From a virus (taxonomy: Duplodnaviria; Caudoviricetes), in IMG/VR virus record IMGVR_UViG_3300048849_000043, positions 1 to 49,155 of that record: 49,155 nucleotides of DNA; one strand, written 5' to 3'. The position numbers were made by a program, and so were the translations under genes. The notes under the pieces are model-generated. The model was not told the origin of the DNA. It saw only the letters and a list, made by a program, of their open reading frames with translations, and searched no databases. Below are positions 34,649 through 44,794 of this stretch, one piece after another; position 1 is the first letter of the stretch; each line of letters opens with the position of its first letter.

Positions 34649-35004
34649 TTGGCGGCCTCCGCGTCCTGCTCGGTGTAGCCGTAGCCGCGGACGTAGTTCG
34701 TGTAGTCCGTGGACGGCTTGAGAACCTGCACGACGGCGTCGTGCTCGGCGTGGACGAGCGTGACGATCTCCGGGACGACATCCTTCGGTTCGCCGTCCTC
34801 CATGACCGCGGACTGTGCGGGCACGGAGGCGTCGGGCGCGACCAGGCCGGCGGCACGCTCGTCGTCGAGCTGGATCGCGGCGACGAGGTCGGCCTGCTTG
34901 CCATCGGACGGGATGAGGTCGGCCTCCGCCCGGTCCTTATTGCGCTTGTCGATCTCGGCCCTGAGCTGGCCGACGGTCAGGTCGGCGGGGTTCTGTGCAT
35001 TCAT
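34645..35004 (-). CDS. Hypothetical protein with SAP/HeH-like motif
   Basis: LTVGQLRAEIDKRN...GKQADLVAAI. Confidence 0.6.
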   Translation of the reverse strand: MNAQNPADLTVGQLRAEIDKRNKDRAEADLIPSDGKQADLVAAIQLDDERAAGLVAPDASVPAQSAVMEDGEPKDVVPEIVTLVHAEHDAVVQVLKPSTDYTNYVRGYGYTEQDAEAAK

Positions 35005-35030
35005 GATGCTGATCTCCTTGAGGGTGATGG

Positions 35031-35678
35031 TCAGGCCACGAAGCCCATGTCGGTGACGAGACCCGCGAGTCCGGGACCCGCCCAGAAGATGCGGACCGCG
35101 GTGCCGGCAGTCGAGTCCTGCAGCGCGTTCACGGTCAGCGGGTACGACAGCGGGTTGTCACCCGACTGCAGCGTCTGGCTGCCGTTCTGCGAGAAGTTGG
35201 CCTTGGGGTAGTGGATCCCGCAGTAGACCTCGAGGCCGTTGGCCTTGTTGATGTCCTTCGCGAGAGCGAGGAAGCGCCAGTCCTTCGAGATCGGGGTGCT
35301 GGGCTTGTCGAACTTGATCTCCCCGTTGGTGTCCGGGACGAGGCCGGTGAGGTCGACGTTCTCGTAGAGCTCAATGACCCGCTTCTTGGTCTCCATCGGG
35401 GTGATGGTGATCGTGTTGGTCTCACTGTCGATGTCGCGGCGGGCGTCGGCGGTGTCGCCCCAACCACGGATCGCGGAGATCTCCTGATCGGTGGTGCGCT
35501 CGGCGCCGTCGGAGGTGAGCTTGCCGAGCGACACGTACCCGGTCGGGATCGTCAGCGCACCGGACACACCGGAGATGGTGGCGAGTGCTGCCGTTGAGTA
35601 GGGCGCCACGAACCCGGCGCCACGGAGGGCCTTGCGAATCAGCTGGTTCTGGAAACCAGCGACGTCTTCGAATGCCAT
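35031..35678 (-). CDS. Major tail protein
   Basis: ATG at 35678; LIRKAL...GYVSLG.LTSDG...GWG...RRDI. Confidence 0.9.
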   Translation of the reverse strand: MAFEDVAGFQNQLIRKALRGAGFVAPYSTAALATISGVSGALTIPTGYVSLGKLTSDGAERTTDQEISAIRGWGDTADARRDIDSETNTITITPMETKKRVIELYENVDLTGLVPDTNGEIKFDKPSTPISKDWRFLALAKDINKANGLEVYCGIHYPKANFSQNGSQTLQSGDNPLSYPLTVNALQDSTAGTAVRIFWAGPGLAGLVTDMGFVA

Positions 35679-35692
35679 GGGATGGCTCCTTT

Positions 35693-36127
35693 TCAGATGC
35701 GCACGGTGACGCTGTAGATGAGTTCGGTGACCCGGATGGCTGGGTCGTCCCAGGGCCGGGTGACCGGTCCGGAGTCTTTGGTGGCGGAGTCGAGCAGGCC
35801 TGCGCCTTCGACCCACACGCCGTGGATGGCTGTCATGCGCCGGACGACGTCGGCGGCGACCCGCTGTGACGCGCGGGGGCTCTCGGGTGTCGGCCGCGCG
35901 TAGCAGTTGATGAGGACGCGGGGAAGGTCCGTCGTCTCAGGATCTTCGCCCTGTCCGCCGCCGATCCGCTGGATCCGGATGGCGGGGAGGTCGCCTTCCT
36001 TGTCCCACGACATGAGCTGTGTGACAGTCCGGCCGGCAGGAGCGAGGTAGTCCATCAGCGCGACTTCGATGTCCGCGATGGGGTCCTCCGCGGTGAACGG
36101 TTCGAAGCCCCACTGATCCTCGGCCAT
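35693..36127 (-). CDS. Tail terminator
   Basis: LPAIRIQRIGG; position. Confidence 0.75.
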   Translation of the reverse strand: MAEDQWGFEPFTAEDPIADIEVALMDYLAPAGRTVTQLMSWDKEGDLPAIRIQRIGGGQGEDPETTDLPRVLINCYARPTPESPRASQRVAADVVRRMTAIHGVWVEGAGLLDSATKDSGPVTRPWDDPAIRVTELIYSVTVRI

Positions 36128-36489
36128 CAGGAACGCTCGAGAAAGTCGATCGTGCGGGCGAGCACATGGTGGCCACGGCCGAACGGTGACGGGGCGGTCG
36201 AAGAGATCCCCGTGGATCGGTCCGTCCCGCGTTCGACGTACCAGGCGTGGTCGGAGTCGTTGACAAGGTGGACGACGGCACGCTTGAAACCGTTGATGGT
36301 CTCGTACTTGGATCCGTCGACGCGGAACCCTGCGATGTAGCCCTCGCCGTAGGGCGGGGCGTCAGGGCTGATCGAGATGGCGAAGTCTTTGGCCGCGAAC
36401 GTCTTGTCGAGGAGCATCATGTGCATCTCGGCGCTCCTGGCGAGCTGGGGGACCGCACGGTAGTCGTGCTTGTACTCGACGTCGGCCAT
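36127..36489 (-). CDS. HK97 gp10-like neck/tail completion protein
   Basis: SP...G.Y...NDSDHAWYVERGT...GHHVL. Confidence 0.7.
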   Translation of the reverse strand: MADVEYKHDYRAVPQLARSAEMHMMLLDKTFAAKDFAISISPDAPPYGEGYIAGFRVDGSKYETINGFKRAVVHLVNDSDHAWYVERGTDRSTGISSTAPSPFGRGHHVLARTIDFLERS

Positions 36490-36491
36490 GG

Positions 36492-36854
36492 TCACTCCTC
36501 GATCGGCTGAGGCGGCGTGGCGCCGGCGACGCGCTCGACGGGGATGACACACCCAGGGCGCCAGTTCGAGAACGGGCTGTGGGGGCGGTCCGGTTCGCCG
36601 GTGACATGCCACCTGGTGCCGTCGGGGAGGACAAGCACGTCGGACTCGTGAACGTCGGCGTCGGGGTCGTCGCACAGGATGCGTTCGTCGGTGACGACGA
36701 CTTCCACTCCGTCGACGGTCTTGACGGAGCGGACCTGGTCGCGGGCGCACCGGGCGATGGTTTTGTCCGGGAACTCGGTGTCGACCGCGATACCTTCGCG
36801 ATCGAACTGGGTGGGACGCTCAACAGTCGCCGTGAAGCCGTAGGGGAACATCAT
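36492..36854 (-). CDS. Head-to-tail stopper
   Basis: DADV..SD...W.VTGEP...SPF..WRPG. Confidence 0.8.
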   Translation of the reverse strand: MMFPYGFTATVERPTQFDREGIAVDTEFPDKTIARCARDQVRSVKTVDGVEVVVTDERILCDDPDADVHESDVLVLPDGTRWHVTGEPDRPHSPFSNWRPGCVIPVERVAGATPPQPIEE

Positions 36855-37246
36855 CGGGCAGGCGGCGTGTAGATCGTCCCGACCCGCCGGGCACCTCGGC
36901 GGCTGAGCAGCGCGATGTCTTGGTCGAGGACGTACAGGTTCTTCGACGCGGTCCGGAACAGCTTCTGGTCAGTGAAGGCGCCAGCGACCTGCAGGTGCTG
37001 GCTGACCTCGCCGCCGCCTGTGTCGTCGCCGTCGGCGGGTAGGGCGCGCTTGATCATGTCGATGACGACGCCCTTGGCTACGACCATGAGGTCGCTGTTC
37101 TCGTCGACACGGGCATCAAGACCCGGGAGGCGCAGGCGGAGGAGAGAGATCGCGCGCTGGATAAGGGCGGTCGCCTTCGCCACCTGTTCGTCGGGGATGG
37201 GGCGCCACTGGGCTTCGAGCTCAGGGATGCTGACTGTCAGTCCCAT
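36851..37246 (-). CDS. Head-to-tail adaptor
   Basis: LEAQWRP...A.ALI..A...VVIDMIKRAL...AGAF...LYV. Confidence 0.8.
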   Translation of the reverse strand: MGLTVSIPELEAQWRPIPDEQVAKATALIQRAISLLRLRLPGLDARVDENSDLMVVAKGVVIDMIKRALPADGDDTGGGEVSQHLQVAGAFTDQKLFRTASKNLYVLDQDIALLSRRGARRVGTIYTPPAR

Positions 37247-37261
37247 GTGGCGCCCCTCCCG

Positions 37262-37696
37262 TCAGTTCCGCGCAGCCAGCAGCGCGGCGGCCTTCTCGGC
37301 CTTGTTCTTCGCCGAGCTGATGTCGACGTTCTTCGCTGCGGCGTAGGCGTCGAGCTCGTCGCCCTTCCAGTCCTCGACGGGGTCGCCGTCGGGGTAGCCG
37401 CGTGCGGCGACCTTCTCAGCGATGGCGGATGCCAGTTCGTCCTCGAGCTCGCTGATTCGCTCTTCCGCTGTCGAGAGCGCCTCGGTGGCCGCTCGCGCGA
37501 CCTCCTCGGCCTCTCGGACTCGCTCGTCGTCCGTGCCCGATGGCGCGGATGCGGTGGGGGCTTCCACCTCGACGAGGTCGTCCTCGTGAACCAGGTCGGC
37601 GGCCCACTCGGGCACCGGCTCGCCCTCGCGGAGGACCGTCACGACACCGGTCACCGGGTGCGACCGGATGACCGTGTACTTCATGACGGCGCTCAC
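37262..37696 (-). CDS. Hypothetical head-associated protein with HeH-like C-terminus
   Basis: GEPVPEWA; W..DELDAYAAAKNVD...NKAE. Confidence 0.65.
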   Translation of the reverse strand: MSAVMKYTVIRSHPVTGVVTVLREGEPVPEWAADLVHEDDLVEVEAPTASAPSGTDDERVREAEEVARAATEALSTAEERISELEDELASAIAEKVAARGYPDGDPVEDWKGDELDAYAAAKNVDISSAKNKAEKAAALLAARN

Positions 37697-38742
37697 TGGA
37701 GCACCTGGATCGCCATCGCGGCGTTCGGGTTGGCCGCGATCGGCTCACCGATCGAGTCCCCCTCCACCTCGATCGAGGATCCGACCTTCTCGTCCTTGAA
37801 GACGCCGCAGACGATGCCGGCCTGCTCGTCCTCCTCGATGCCCCATCCCTCGTACCCGGCGGAGATCGTGAGTCCCCAGTAGGTGGCGCCCAGGAGAGAG
37901 CCCTCCTCCTCGTCCGGGTCGACCGGGTCGGGGAGGAAGTAGATCTTCTTGGGGTTGAGGACGGCCGTCATCGTGCCCTCGACGGAGACGCGACGCTCGT
38001 AGATCTCGTACTCCGGCAGGCCGGCGGACGCGACGTATGAGGTCACCTCTCCTGCGAGCGGGGGACGGGAGGACGAGGCGCCGACGAGCGTCTTGAACTG
38101 GTTGCCGGCCGCGAATGCGTTGTACGCGGCGCGGCTGCCGAACACGAGGCGACCGGGACGGCTGTCGTCGTTGAACGTCGCGTAGACGTCCGACCAGGCG
38201 CTGAGCGCGGCCAGACGGTCGACCGCGGCGTCGGCCCACCAGTTGCCCGTGCCCGCGGCGACCGAGAGAGCGCCGTCACGACCGAAGACGTCGTTGATGT
38301 AGAAGTTGTCCTCGTCGACGAGGAGGGCGCCCGCGTCGATGACCTTGCCACGAGCGATCTCCTGGGTCTGCGAGATGGCCTGCACGTTGCGCTTGATCGC
38401 GGACTCGAGGCTCTTCTTGATCCGGTCGTCGGACAGGCGCCGGAAATCCTTCTGCGTCTGCTCGTCGATCGGCTCAGTACGAGCGATGGAGGGGAGGTCG
38501 ATCGAGCTCGACTTCGCGCCCTGCCCCTTGCCGACCTCGGGTCGGGCGTTGAAGGCGCGGTAGCGGGCTGCGTCGACCAGCCCGTTGACACCGGGGTAGA
38601 ACTTCACGTGATCGGAGTCGACGAACACGTTGGGCAGGAATCGAGCGAGCGTGCCGCCGCGGCGGCGCTCGATCTCGAACTGCTCCTCCCGGGCGATGGC
38701 GGTGGCCTCGACGGGATCGATGAGATCAGTCCAGAGTGGCAT
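37693..38742 (-). CDS. Major capsid protein (lambda gpE-like)
   Basis: 349 aa; follows scaffold and decoration genes; LARFLPN...LGATYWG.T. Confidence 0.85.
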   Translation of the reverse strand: MPLWTDLIDPVEATAIAREEQFEIERRRGGTLARFLPNVFVDSDHVKFYPGVNGLVDAARYRAFNARPEVGKGQGAKSSSIDLPSIARTEPIDEQTQKDFRRLSDDRIKKSLESAIKRNVQAISQTQEIARGKVIDAGALLVDEDNFYINDVFGRDGALSVAAGTGNWWADAAVDRLAALSAWSDVYATFNDDSRPGRLVFGSRAAYNAFAAGNQFKTLVGASSSRPPLAGEVTSYVASAGLPEYEIYERRVSVEGTMTAVLNPKKIYFLPDPVDPDEEEGSLLGATYWGLTISAGYEGWGIEEDEQAGIVCGVFKDEKVGSSIEVEGDSIGEPIAANPNAAMAIQVLQ

Positions 38743-38748
38743 GGTTCG

Positions 38749-39114
38749 TCAGCTCCCGAAGAAGAAGCGGTACTGGACCGCAGTGGTGGGGACGGTGAAG
38801 GCGACCGGCAGCTTGGCGGTCTTGATGTTCCCGCGGGTGATGACAGCGACGTTGACGTCTTCGACGCCATCCGTCTTGAAGTCGCCCTTGAGGAAGCCGA
38901 GGACGGCGCCCGTGGCATCGGCCCAGGGCCGGATGTCGTCGAGGTCGTCGATGCGGACGGGGAGGCCGGACGGCAGGTAGCCGTTCGGGAAGTGGGTACC
39001 GGCGGTGAAGTCGGAGATGTCGATGACACCGGTGATGGCCTCGTCGAGGCCGTCGGTGTTCCGCATCCAGGAGTAGTCACCGGTGCCGTACTGCTTGGTC
39101 TTGAGACCGGGCAT
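38749..39114 (-). CDS. Head decoration protein
   Basis: DYSW...FTAGTHFPNGYLPSG...GFL...KLP. Confidence 0.75.
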   Translation of the reverse strand: MPGLKTKQYGTGDYSWMRNTDGLDEAITGVIDISDFTAGTHFPNGYLPSGLPVRIDDLDDIRPWADATGAVLGFLKGDFKTDGVEDVNVAVITRGNIKTAKLPVAFTVPTTAVQYRFFFGS

Positions 39115-39127
39115 GACAGGTGTCCTT

Positions 39128-39925
39128 TCAGACGTTGGAGTTGGTCTTCTTTTTCGCTTCACGTTCGGCACGGAGGGCTTCCCGTCGGGCGGCGATGCCG
39201 CCACCTGGGGCTGAGCCGCCCGTACCTCCGGATCCGCTTCCAGGCCCACGGCGTCCTCCGCCGTAGTCAGGCCTGTCCTTCTTGTCGCCCACTCCCTTGT
39301 CGGCTGGGGCCAGTGCAGCGGCCGTGGACTTCACCTTGTCGGTGTCCACGTCGCCGTTGTCGTTGATGAACTTGGTGAGATCTAGGTTCGCGATGATCAA
39401 GTCGCGGCGGGCCTCGTCCCCGATGTGGGCCAAGACGGCCCTGAACTCGGCCGCTACGAGCTTGGTGCCGTACTTCTGGGTTGCCTTGGCTTCGCCGGCC
39501 TTTTCGGCTTCGGCGACGGCATTCTCAGACTCCGAGCGCGTCTTCTTCCGCAGCTCCTCGAGCTCGTCCTGCTCCGCCTTCAGTTGCTCGGGTGTTTTCC
39601 CGCCGAGCGTGCGCTGCCAGTCCTTGTTCCGGTCCTCGTGCTTGCGGGCCTGGTGGCGGTAGTAGGCGGCACGCTCCGCGTCGGTGGCCATGTCGTCTGG
39701 GCGAGTGTTGGCCGGAAATCCGGCTTTCTCAGCGTCAGCCTTGTCCTTGGTGGCCTTCTCGTCCGCTTCCTTCGCGGCTGCTTCCTCAGCGGCTTTCGCG
39801 GCCTCGTCATCTTCGCCCTCCATCGCCCATCCGCCGAAGGTCTGGCGGTGGAAAGCGATGAGCTGGTCAATCGCTCCGGGGGCGTGGAGATCTGTGGGCT
39901 TTGTGATCCGGGGGCAAGAGGTCAT
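39128..39925 (-). CDS. Scaffolding protein
   Basis: GFPANT...YYRHQARKHE, coiled coil, F..NGDVDTDKV; exact start uncertain. Confidence 0.8.
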   Translation of the reverse strand: MTSCPRITKPTDLHAPGAIDQLIAFHRQTFGGWAMEGEDDEAAKAAEEAAAKEADEKATKDKADAEKAGFPANTRPDDMATDAERAAYYRHQARKHEDRNKDWQRTLGGKTPEQLKAEQDELEELRKKTRSESENAVAEAEKAGEAKATQKYGTKLVAAEFRAVLAHIGDEARRDLIIANLDLTKFINDNGDVDTDKVKSTAAALAPADKGVGDKKDRPDYGGGRRGPGSGSGGTGGSAPGGGIAARREALRAEREAKKKTNSNV

Positions 39926-39964
39926 GCGGGTCTCCCATGTCGGGTGGTGGGCGCCCATGGCGGG

Positions 39965-40927
39965 CTACTGAGGTGCGATCGCTTCGAGACGGGCGATCAA
40001 GCCGCGCTGGTAGCGCAGCGGGTCTGAGACGTCTTCGCCCGCCGCCTGGCGGAGTTCGAGGTTGGCGAGGACCGGTCGGAGCACGTCGAGCTGCTTGGCG
40101 GCGCGCGCGGCTTCGTCAACGGCCTTCACTTCGCGCGGACCCCGGAAAGAGTGCTCGGCATCAACGAGGGTCGGACCGTACTCGCCGTGCTGGCGGACGC
40201 GGATCCGCTTCAACTTCGCTCCGGACGTCCCACCAGCCTCGTCGTACAGACCGGCGAGGTCCTTCTCGTTGATGACTGCGCCAGGGTCGCTGTTGCCATC
40301 CACGGGTGCGGAGGTGCACTTGCAGTGCGGCGGGTGGATGGACAGCAGCTCGTCGACCGCGTAGGTCCGGGTGGACGCCACAGCGCAGAGGCCGCAGGTG
40401 CCGCTCTCCGAGAGTTCGGGGTGGATGACGCGGCGTAGGCGTTGCACACCGAGCGACTTGAATGTCTGCTGGGTGGCGTCGCGACGGGTGAGGAGTTGGT
40501 CGGTCTCGATGAGTTCCTGAGCGCGAGCGATCGCATCGGCAGCAGCAGCTTCAGCGTCCTCGGTGAAGGCGTAGGTTCGGCGGTACTTCGCAGCCGGCCT
40601 GGTGTAGACCTCGATCAGATCTGCACCATTGCGGACCGGAGGAAGCTGCAGCGCCCTTGGAGGGATCGCCACGCCAGTTGGGGGACGCATCAGATCCACG
40701 AGCGTCCGCGCGTACTGCTGTGCGAGGCCCGAAGCCATCTGCTGGCCCGCCATCGACTGGGACGCCGCTTGCGTAGCAATTTCGGCGACGGCCGCTGCTG
40801 TGTACCACTCCGCGAACCCCGACCAGAGGGAGGACGCGGCGGCTTGTGCGCGGGCGTCTTGGAGAGCGGCCTGCGCAGCGTAGATGGCGATGAGTCGCTC
40901 AACCTGCGCCTGAGCCTCAGCGTCCAT
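39965..40927 (-). CDS. MuF-like minor head protein (often annotated as capsid maturation protease)
   Basis: RRVIHPELS.SGTCGLC...IHPPHCKC...HGEYGP. Confidence 0.75.
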   Translation of the reverse strand: MDAEAQAQVERLIAIYAAQAALQDARAQAAASSLWSGFAEWYTAAAVAEIATQAASQSMAGQQMASGLAQQYARTLVDLMRPPTGVAIPPRALQLPPVRNGADLIEVYTRPAAKYRRTYAFTEDAEAAAADAIARAQELIETDQLLTRRDATQQTFKSLGVQRLRRVIHPELSESGTCGLCAVASTRTYAVDELLSIHPPHCKCTSAPVDGNSDPGAVINEKDLAGLYDEAGGTSGAKLKRIRVRQHGEYGPTLVDAEHSFRGPREVKAVDEAARAAKQLDVLRPVLANLELRQAAGEDVSDPLRYQRGLIARLEAIAPQ

Positions 40928-42348
40928 CAGGCAGGAGTGCCCTGGTAGAGCATGTCGCGTCCGCGCATGACACGCAGGTTCGCTACCTCGGCCGGGGGGT
41001 ACTGGAGGATGTCGGTGTAGATCGCCTCGGTCGGCAAGATGCCGTTGACCTGCGATGCGGCCTGCGACTTCTGCTCAAGGCTGAACCGCTCGATCGGACC
41101 CCAGAGCGCCTCAAGCTGTGACAGCTCAGCGCGCTCCTCGTCGTCGGAGAAGTAGAACGCGTGACTCATCGTCTGCGCCCACCCGCCGGCCGCGCGGTCA
41201 AGGCGGTCCTCGACCTTGAAGACGTGCTCTTCACGCATCAACGCTGCGCCTTCGGCTGACCCATCGGCGGCGTCTGGCGTGATGGAAGCGAGGGCGATCT
41301 GCGTGACGGCGGCGAGCCGCTCGAGGTCTTTCTGGATCGAGTTGCTGAGCGGGCCCATGTCGGCGGGACTGGACTCCCAGAAGTCGACGTCCTTCGGGAC
41401 GCGCCACAAGGCTGCCGGGTCACGGATGAAGACGTCGGTGTAGTCGATGTCCTCTGCTTGGTCGTCCTTGTCGGGTAGGCCCTTGACTGCGCCTTGACGG
41501 TGCGCTTGTAGCTTGCCCAGCCACCACTCGTTCGCGATCTTGTCGTTGATGCGGTCGAGGGTGCCGAGGTGGCGTTCGAACTCGCCGACGCCGTCACGGT
41601 TCTGGAACCGCGCGATCGGCAGGCGGTTGCCTGGGACGAGCTCTTCGCCGGTCTTGTCCTGGCCGAACCCTTCGTCCCACGACCACTTGTCGGAGAACCG
41701 GAACCCGCTGCTCGTGATCGTCGTGATCCCAGGCTTGGTCGCCCGCTTGATCAGACCAGGCAGGTACAGGTAGGCGATGTCGTCGTCGTCCCACTCGTCA
41801 CGGAACAACTTGAGCCCTGCGATGATCTCGCCGGTGACTGAATCGTGTGCCGTGATTACCTCGAGCGGTGACTCGGCGGTGATGCGGGCGTACTTCTCGT
41901 CCGCGGTTCGCGGGGTCGTGATCGTGTAGGCGTCACCGAGGGCGAGCATGTCGGTGTGCAGGTCGCGGGCCTTCACCTTCATGCCATTGAGCCGCATGAT
42001 GTCGCGGGCGCGCTGGTCGCCGACCTCGTCCTCGGCGGCCGCGGTACGGAAGTCGCGCAGCTGCATCCGGTTCGCTGACGACGCGACGAGCAGGTCGGCT
42101 ATGTGCAGCCGATTGACGCGCATGAACTCCCGCACGTGGGGCTGCCACTCAGATGCGACGTTCTGCAGCGGAGGCTCGCCGCGACGGTAGGCGTCGAGGA
42201 GCTCCAGCCCTGGCCGGGACTTCGTGGACTTCAGCTGCGACCGGTCCCACTTCTTCCCGTTGGTCCTACCGATGCGGCGATCGACCAAGCGAGTCGCGAG
42301 GACCTTGAACCACCAGTCGGGGGAGCCGTTCGCGGGCTTCTTCTCCAC
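40927..42348 (-). CDS. Portal protein (SPP1 gp6-like)
   Basis: Follows terL; FQNRDGVGEFERH...DRIN; SAEGA. Confidence 0.9.
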   Translation of the reverse strand: MEKKPANGSPDWWFKVLATRLVDRRIGRTNGKKWDRSQLKSTKSRPGLELLDAYRRGEPPLQNVASEWQPHVREFMRVNRLHIADLLVASSANRMQLRDFRTAAAEDEVGDQRARDIMRLNGMKVKARDLHTDMLALGDAYTITTPRTADEKYARITAESPLEVITAHDSVTGEIIAGLKLFRDEWDDDDIAYLYLPGLIKRATKPGITTITSSGFRFSDKWSWDEGFGQDKTGEELVPGNRLPIARFQNRDGVGEFERHLGTLDRINDKIANEWWLGKLQAHRQGAVKGLPDKDDQAEDIDYTDVFIRDPAALWRVPKDVDFWESSPADMGPLSNSIQKDLERLAAVTQIALASITPDAADGSAEGAALMREEHVFKVEDRLDRAAGGWAQTMSHAFYFSDDEERAELSQLEALWGPIERFSLEQKSQAASQVNGILPTEAIYTDILQYPPAEVANLRVMRGRDMLYQGTPA

Positions 42349-42361
42349 GGCGCCTCCTCAG

Positions 42362-44068
42362 TCATCGTCGGCCTCGGTCGAGGCGGCCCACCTTGGTCGA
42401 GGTGCGCTTGGGTTGTTCGAGCACGCCGGCCGCGATCGCATCGAGACGCGCTTGCCACGCGAGGACGGCGGCGACCGCCGCGTCGATCTTGTTGGGGGAG
42501 TCCGGGTACTCCTTGTAGATCCCCCACCCACCGGTCGTCTTGCGACGGCGGGCGTTCAAGATGTGCGCGGCGAGGATACGGTTGCCGTCGTGGATGAGCT
42601 CGCCGTTGAGAACCGCGTCGAGGAACTGCTCAAGGGCCCTCATGACGAGGCGAGCGCGGCCGCCGGTCATCCACCACTCGATCGGGTTGGCACGGGTCGA
42701 CTTCGCTACGAGCTGTGCTCCGTAGCGCGCTTCCCACTGGGCTACGAAGCCGTCCCATTTCGCGGGGTCCGCGTAGAACCCGACCACGGTGTACGTCGAG
42801 AACGCCTCGCGGACGGCTGCGTCGACTTCGTCGGTGGGGATCCGCCAGTCGTCGCCAGCGTTGGGGGGCTGCTCCCAGATCCCAATGGGGAACAGGAGCC
42901 CATCGGAGACGCGGCACCCGATGAGCGCAGTGGCGTCTGTGACGCCGTGCTTCCTCTTCCGTGACCCGTCGAACCCCAGCGTGATGATGTCGCCCTTGGC
43001 GAGCGGCGCCACCTTGACCGGATCGTCCACATCGGCGAGCGTCTGGATCGACCGGGAGTTCCACTCAGGCCGGCTGATGTAGGAGTCGGACGCGTGGGTG
43101 ATCTGGTTGAGGAAGTCGCTGCGCGACACCTGCGGGTCGGATGCGGGGTCCCATACCCGCACGACGAGTGCCTCAAGGTCGGCGTGCCCTGGGGCGCACG
43201 GCGGGTCGTGGATGACGCAGCCATCAGGGTGCGCAGACGAGTCGCCGTAGGCCACACGCATGCCCGCAATCAGCGACTCGCGCTCCCACAGATCCGTGTC
43301 TGCCGGCGCCTCACGGTGGTCGTACAAGAACGCCTTCGTCAGCGCCTTGCCGCTCTTGATGGTGTCAGCGAACGCCGCGGACGCTTCGGCGACCGAGTGT
43401 TGGCCCGGGACGAACGCGTTCGGCGATTCGAGCGTCCGGCCGCCGTTCTTGCTGGTGTTCGTCCGGATGTTCTGTGCCAGCGTCGGTCCGCCGTTGGACG
43501 GCACCCACTCTTCCGTCTGATCCAGCACCGCGAACGTCGACGGCGCGCCCTTGATGGTGCGAGCTGAAGCGGTGACCTGCTGGATCTTGCCGCGGGGCAG
43601 GTTGACCATCGTGTCCATCGGCTCAAGGCCGGGGTACTCGTCGAGAACCGGTCCCTCACGGAGCATCTCCAGCAAGGGCTGCCACGTATTCTTGGTCTGC
43701 TCCTCCGACACCGCGGCGATGTGCACCAGCGGCGTCCGAACCCTCGACCACGGCTTGCCGACTGGCTGGCCGTCAGCGTCCCATCCATCCGGGACGACAT
43801 CTGCGAGACCCTCTGCCGCGGCGATCGCGGCGAGTACGGGGCTTTTGCCCCAGCCGCGCGGCCTGCCGAGGAGTCCTCGGTCGTGACGAAACCGTCCGGT
43901 GACCGGGTCGATCTCGTACCAGCGAAGGAGGAAGTCTTCCTGCTCGAGGTACGGCACGAAGGGCTCGTACTGCTCGACCGCGGGCCGCGCGAGCATCTCC
44001 GTCATCCAGTCGATCACGTACCAACCGAGCGTCGGTACCTCGCCAGGAGCCGACGGCTTCCATGGCAT
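42362..44068 (-). CDS. terL: Terminase large subunit
   Basis: RPRGWGKS, AVLDQTE, LGFDGS, DATAL, KIDAAVA. Confidence 0.95.
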   Translation of the reverse strand: MPWKPSAPGEVPTLGWYVIDWMTEMLARPAVEQYEPFVPYLEQEDFLLRWYEIDPVTGRFRHDRGLLGRPRGWGKSPVLAAIAAAEGLADVVPDGWDADGQPVGKPWSRVRTPLVHIAAVSEEQTKNTWQPLLEMLREGPVLDEYPGLEPMDTMVNLPRGKIQQVTASARTIKGAPSTFAVLDQTEEWVPSNGGPTLAQNIRTNTSKNGGRTLESPNAFVPGQHSVAEASAAFADTIKSGKALTKAFLYDHREAPADTDLWERESLIAGMRVAYGDSSAHPDGCVIHDPPCAPGHADLEALVVRVWDPASDPQVSRSDFLNQITHASDSYISRPEWNSRSIQTLADVDDPVKVAPLAKGDIITLGFDGSRKRKHGVTDATALIGCRVSDGLLFPIGIWEQPPNAGDDWRIPTDEVDAAVREAFSTYTVVGFYADPAKWDGFVAQWEARYGAQLVAKSTRANPIEWWMTGGRARLVMRALEQFLDAVLNGELIHDGNRILAAHILNARRRKTTGGWGIYKEYPDSPNKIDAAVAAVLAWQARLDAIAAGVLEQPKRTSTKVGRLDRGRR

Positions 44069-44070
44069 GG

Positions 44071-44727
44071 CTACTCAGTCGGTGCGGGAGACTCAGCGAC
44101 GAGATCCGGCACGGCGACGAGAGGTCCACGACGAGCTCGGGCTGATCCGCCCGAACCGGTGGAACGACGCGCGGCAGCGGCCGTCTCTGGTTTGGCCTCG
44201 ATCTCCCACCGCAGGCGCAGCAGAGAAAGTGGTGTCAGACCGAGACGGTCAGCCATCTGCCGCGCTTCCTTCGCGTCATCAAGCGATCCGAGCTCCGCCA
44301 AAACCTTGTGGCGCACATACTGTGCTACGTCGCGCGTCCACGACAGCTTCTGCCATTGCGTCGCCTGCGGCGTCTTCCACAGGTCCTTCCAGAGAGCGAG
44401 CTGCAGTTCCTTCTGCGCCTCGATCTTCGCGTCGAGCATCAGGTGCCTGTGACGCAGCCGCTCGTAAGCGTTCTGGAGCTTGCGACGATCAGCCGGGGCC
44501 ATCTCAGCGAGCTCGCCCGTCTCCGCGAGCAGGTCTAGATCTTCCTTCGCCTCGTCAGCGTCGCGCTTCGCCATGTCGCGCGCCACAACGATGTCGAGGT
44601 CGTCGCTCAGCGGCCAAGCCGGGGCGCGTCCTTTGCGGCCGGCCCACGGCAGTTGCGTCATGCCGATCGTCGCGTTGGTTCGTGCGCGCTTGCTCGCAGG
44701 CTTCGGAGCAGGTCCCATTCCAGCCAC
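44071..44727 (-). CDS. terS: Terminase small subunit
   Basis: MAGMGPAPKP...W.TPQA..W...LGLTP...LRW. Confidence 0.9.
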   Translation of the reverse strand: MAGMGPAPKPASKRARTNATIGMTQLPWAGRKGRAPAWPLSDDLDIVVARDMAKRDADEAKEDLDLLAETGELAEMAPADRRKLQNAYERLRHRHLMLDAKIEAQKELQLALWKDLWKTPQATQWQKLSWTRDVAQYVRHKVLAELGSLDDAKEARQMADRLGLTPLSLLRLRWEIEAKPETAAAARRSTGSGGSARARRGPLVAVPDLVAESPAPTE

Positions 44728-44794
44728 TGTGTACCTCCCATGTCGGGACGGCGCCGGCTTCCCATGACGGGATCGCGGCGCGAAGGATGATGCG

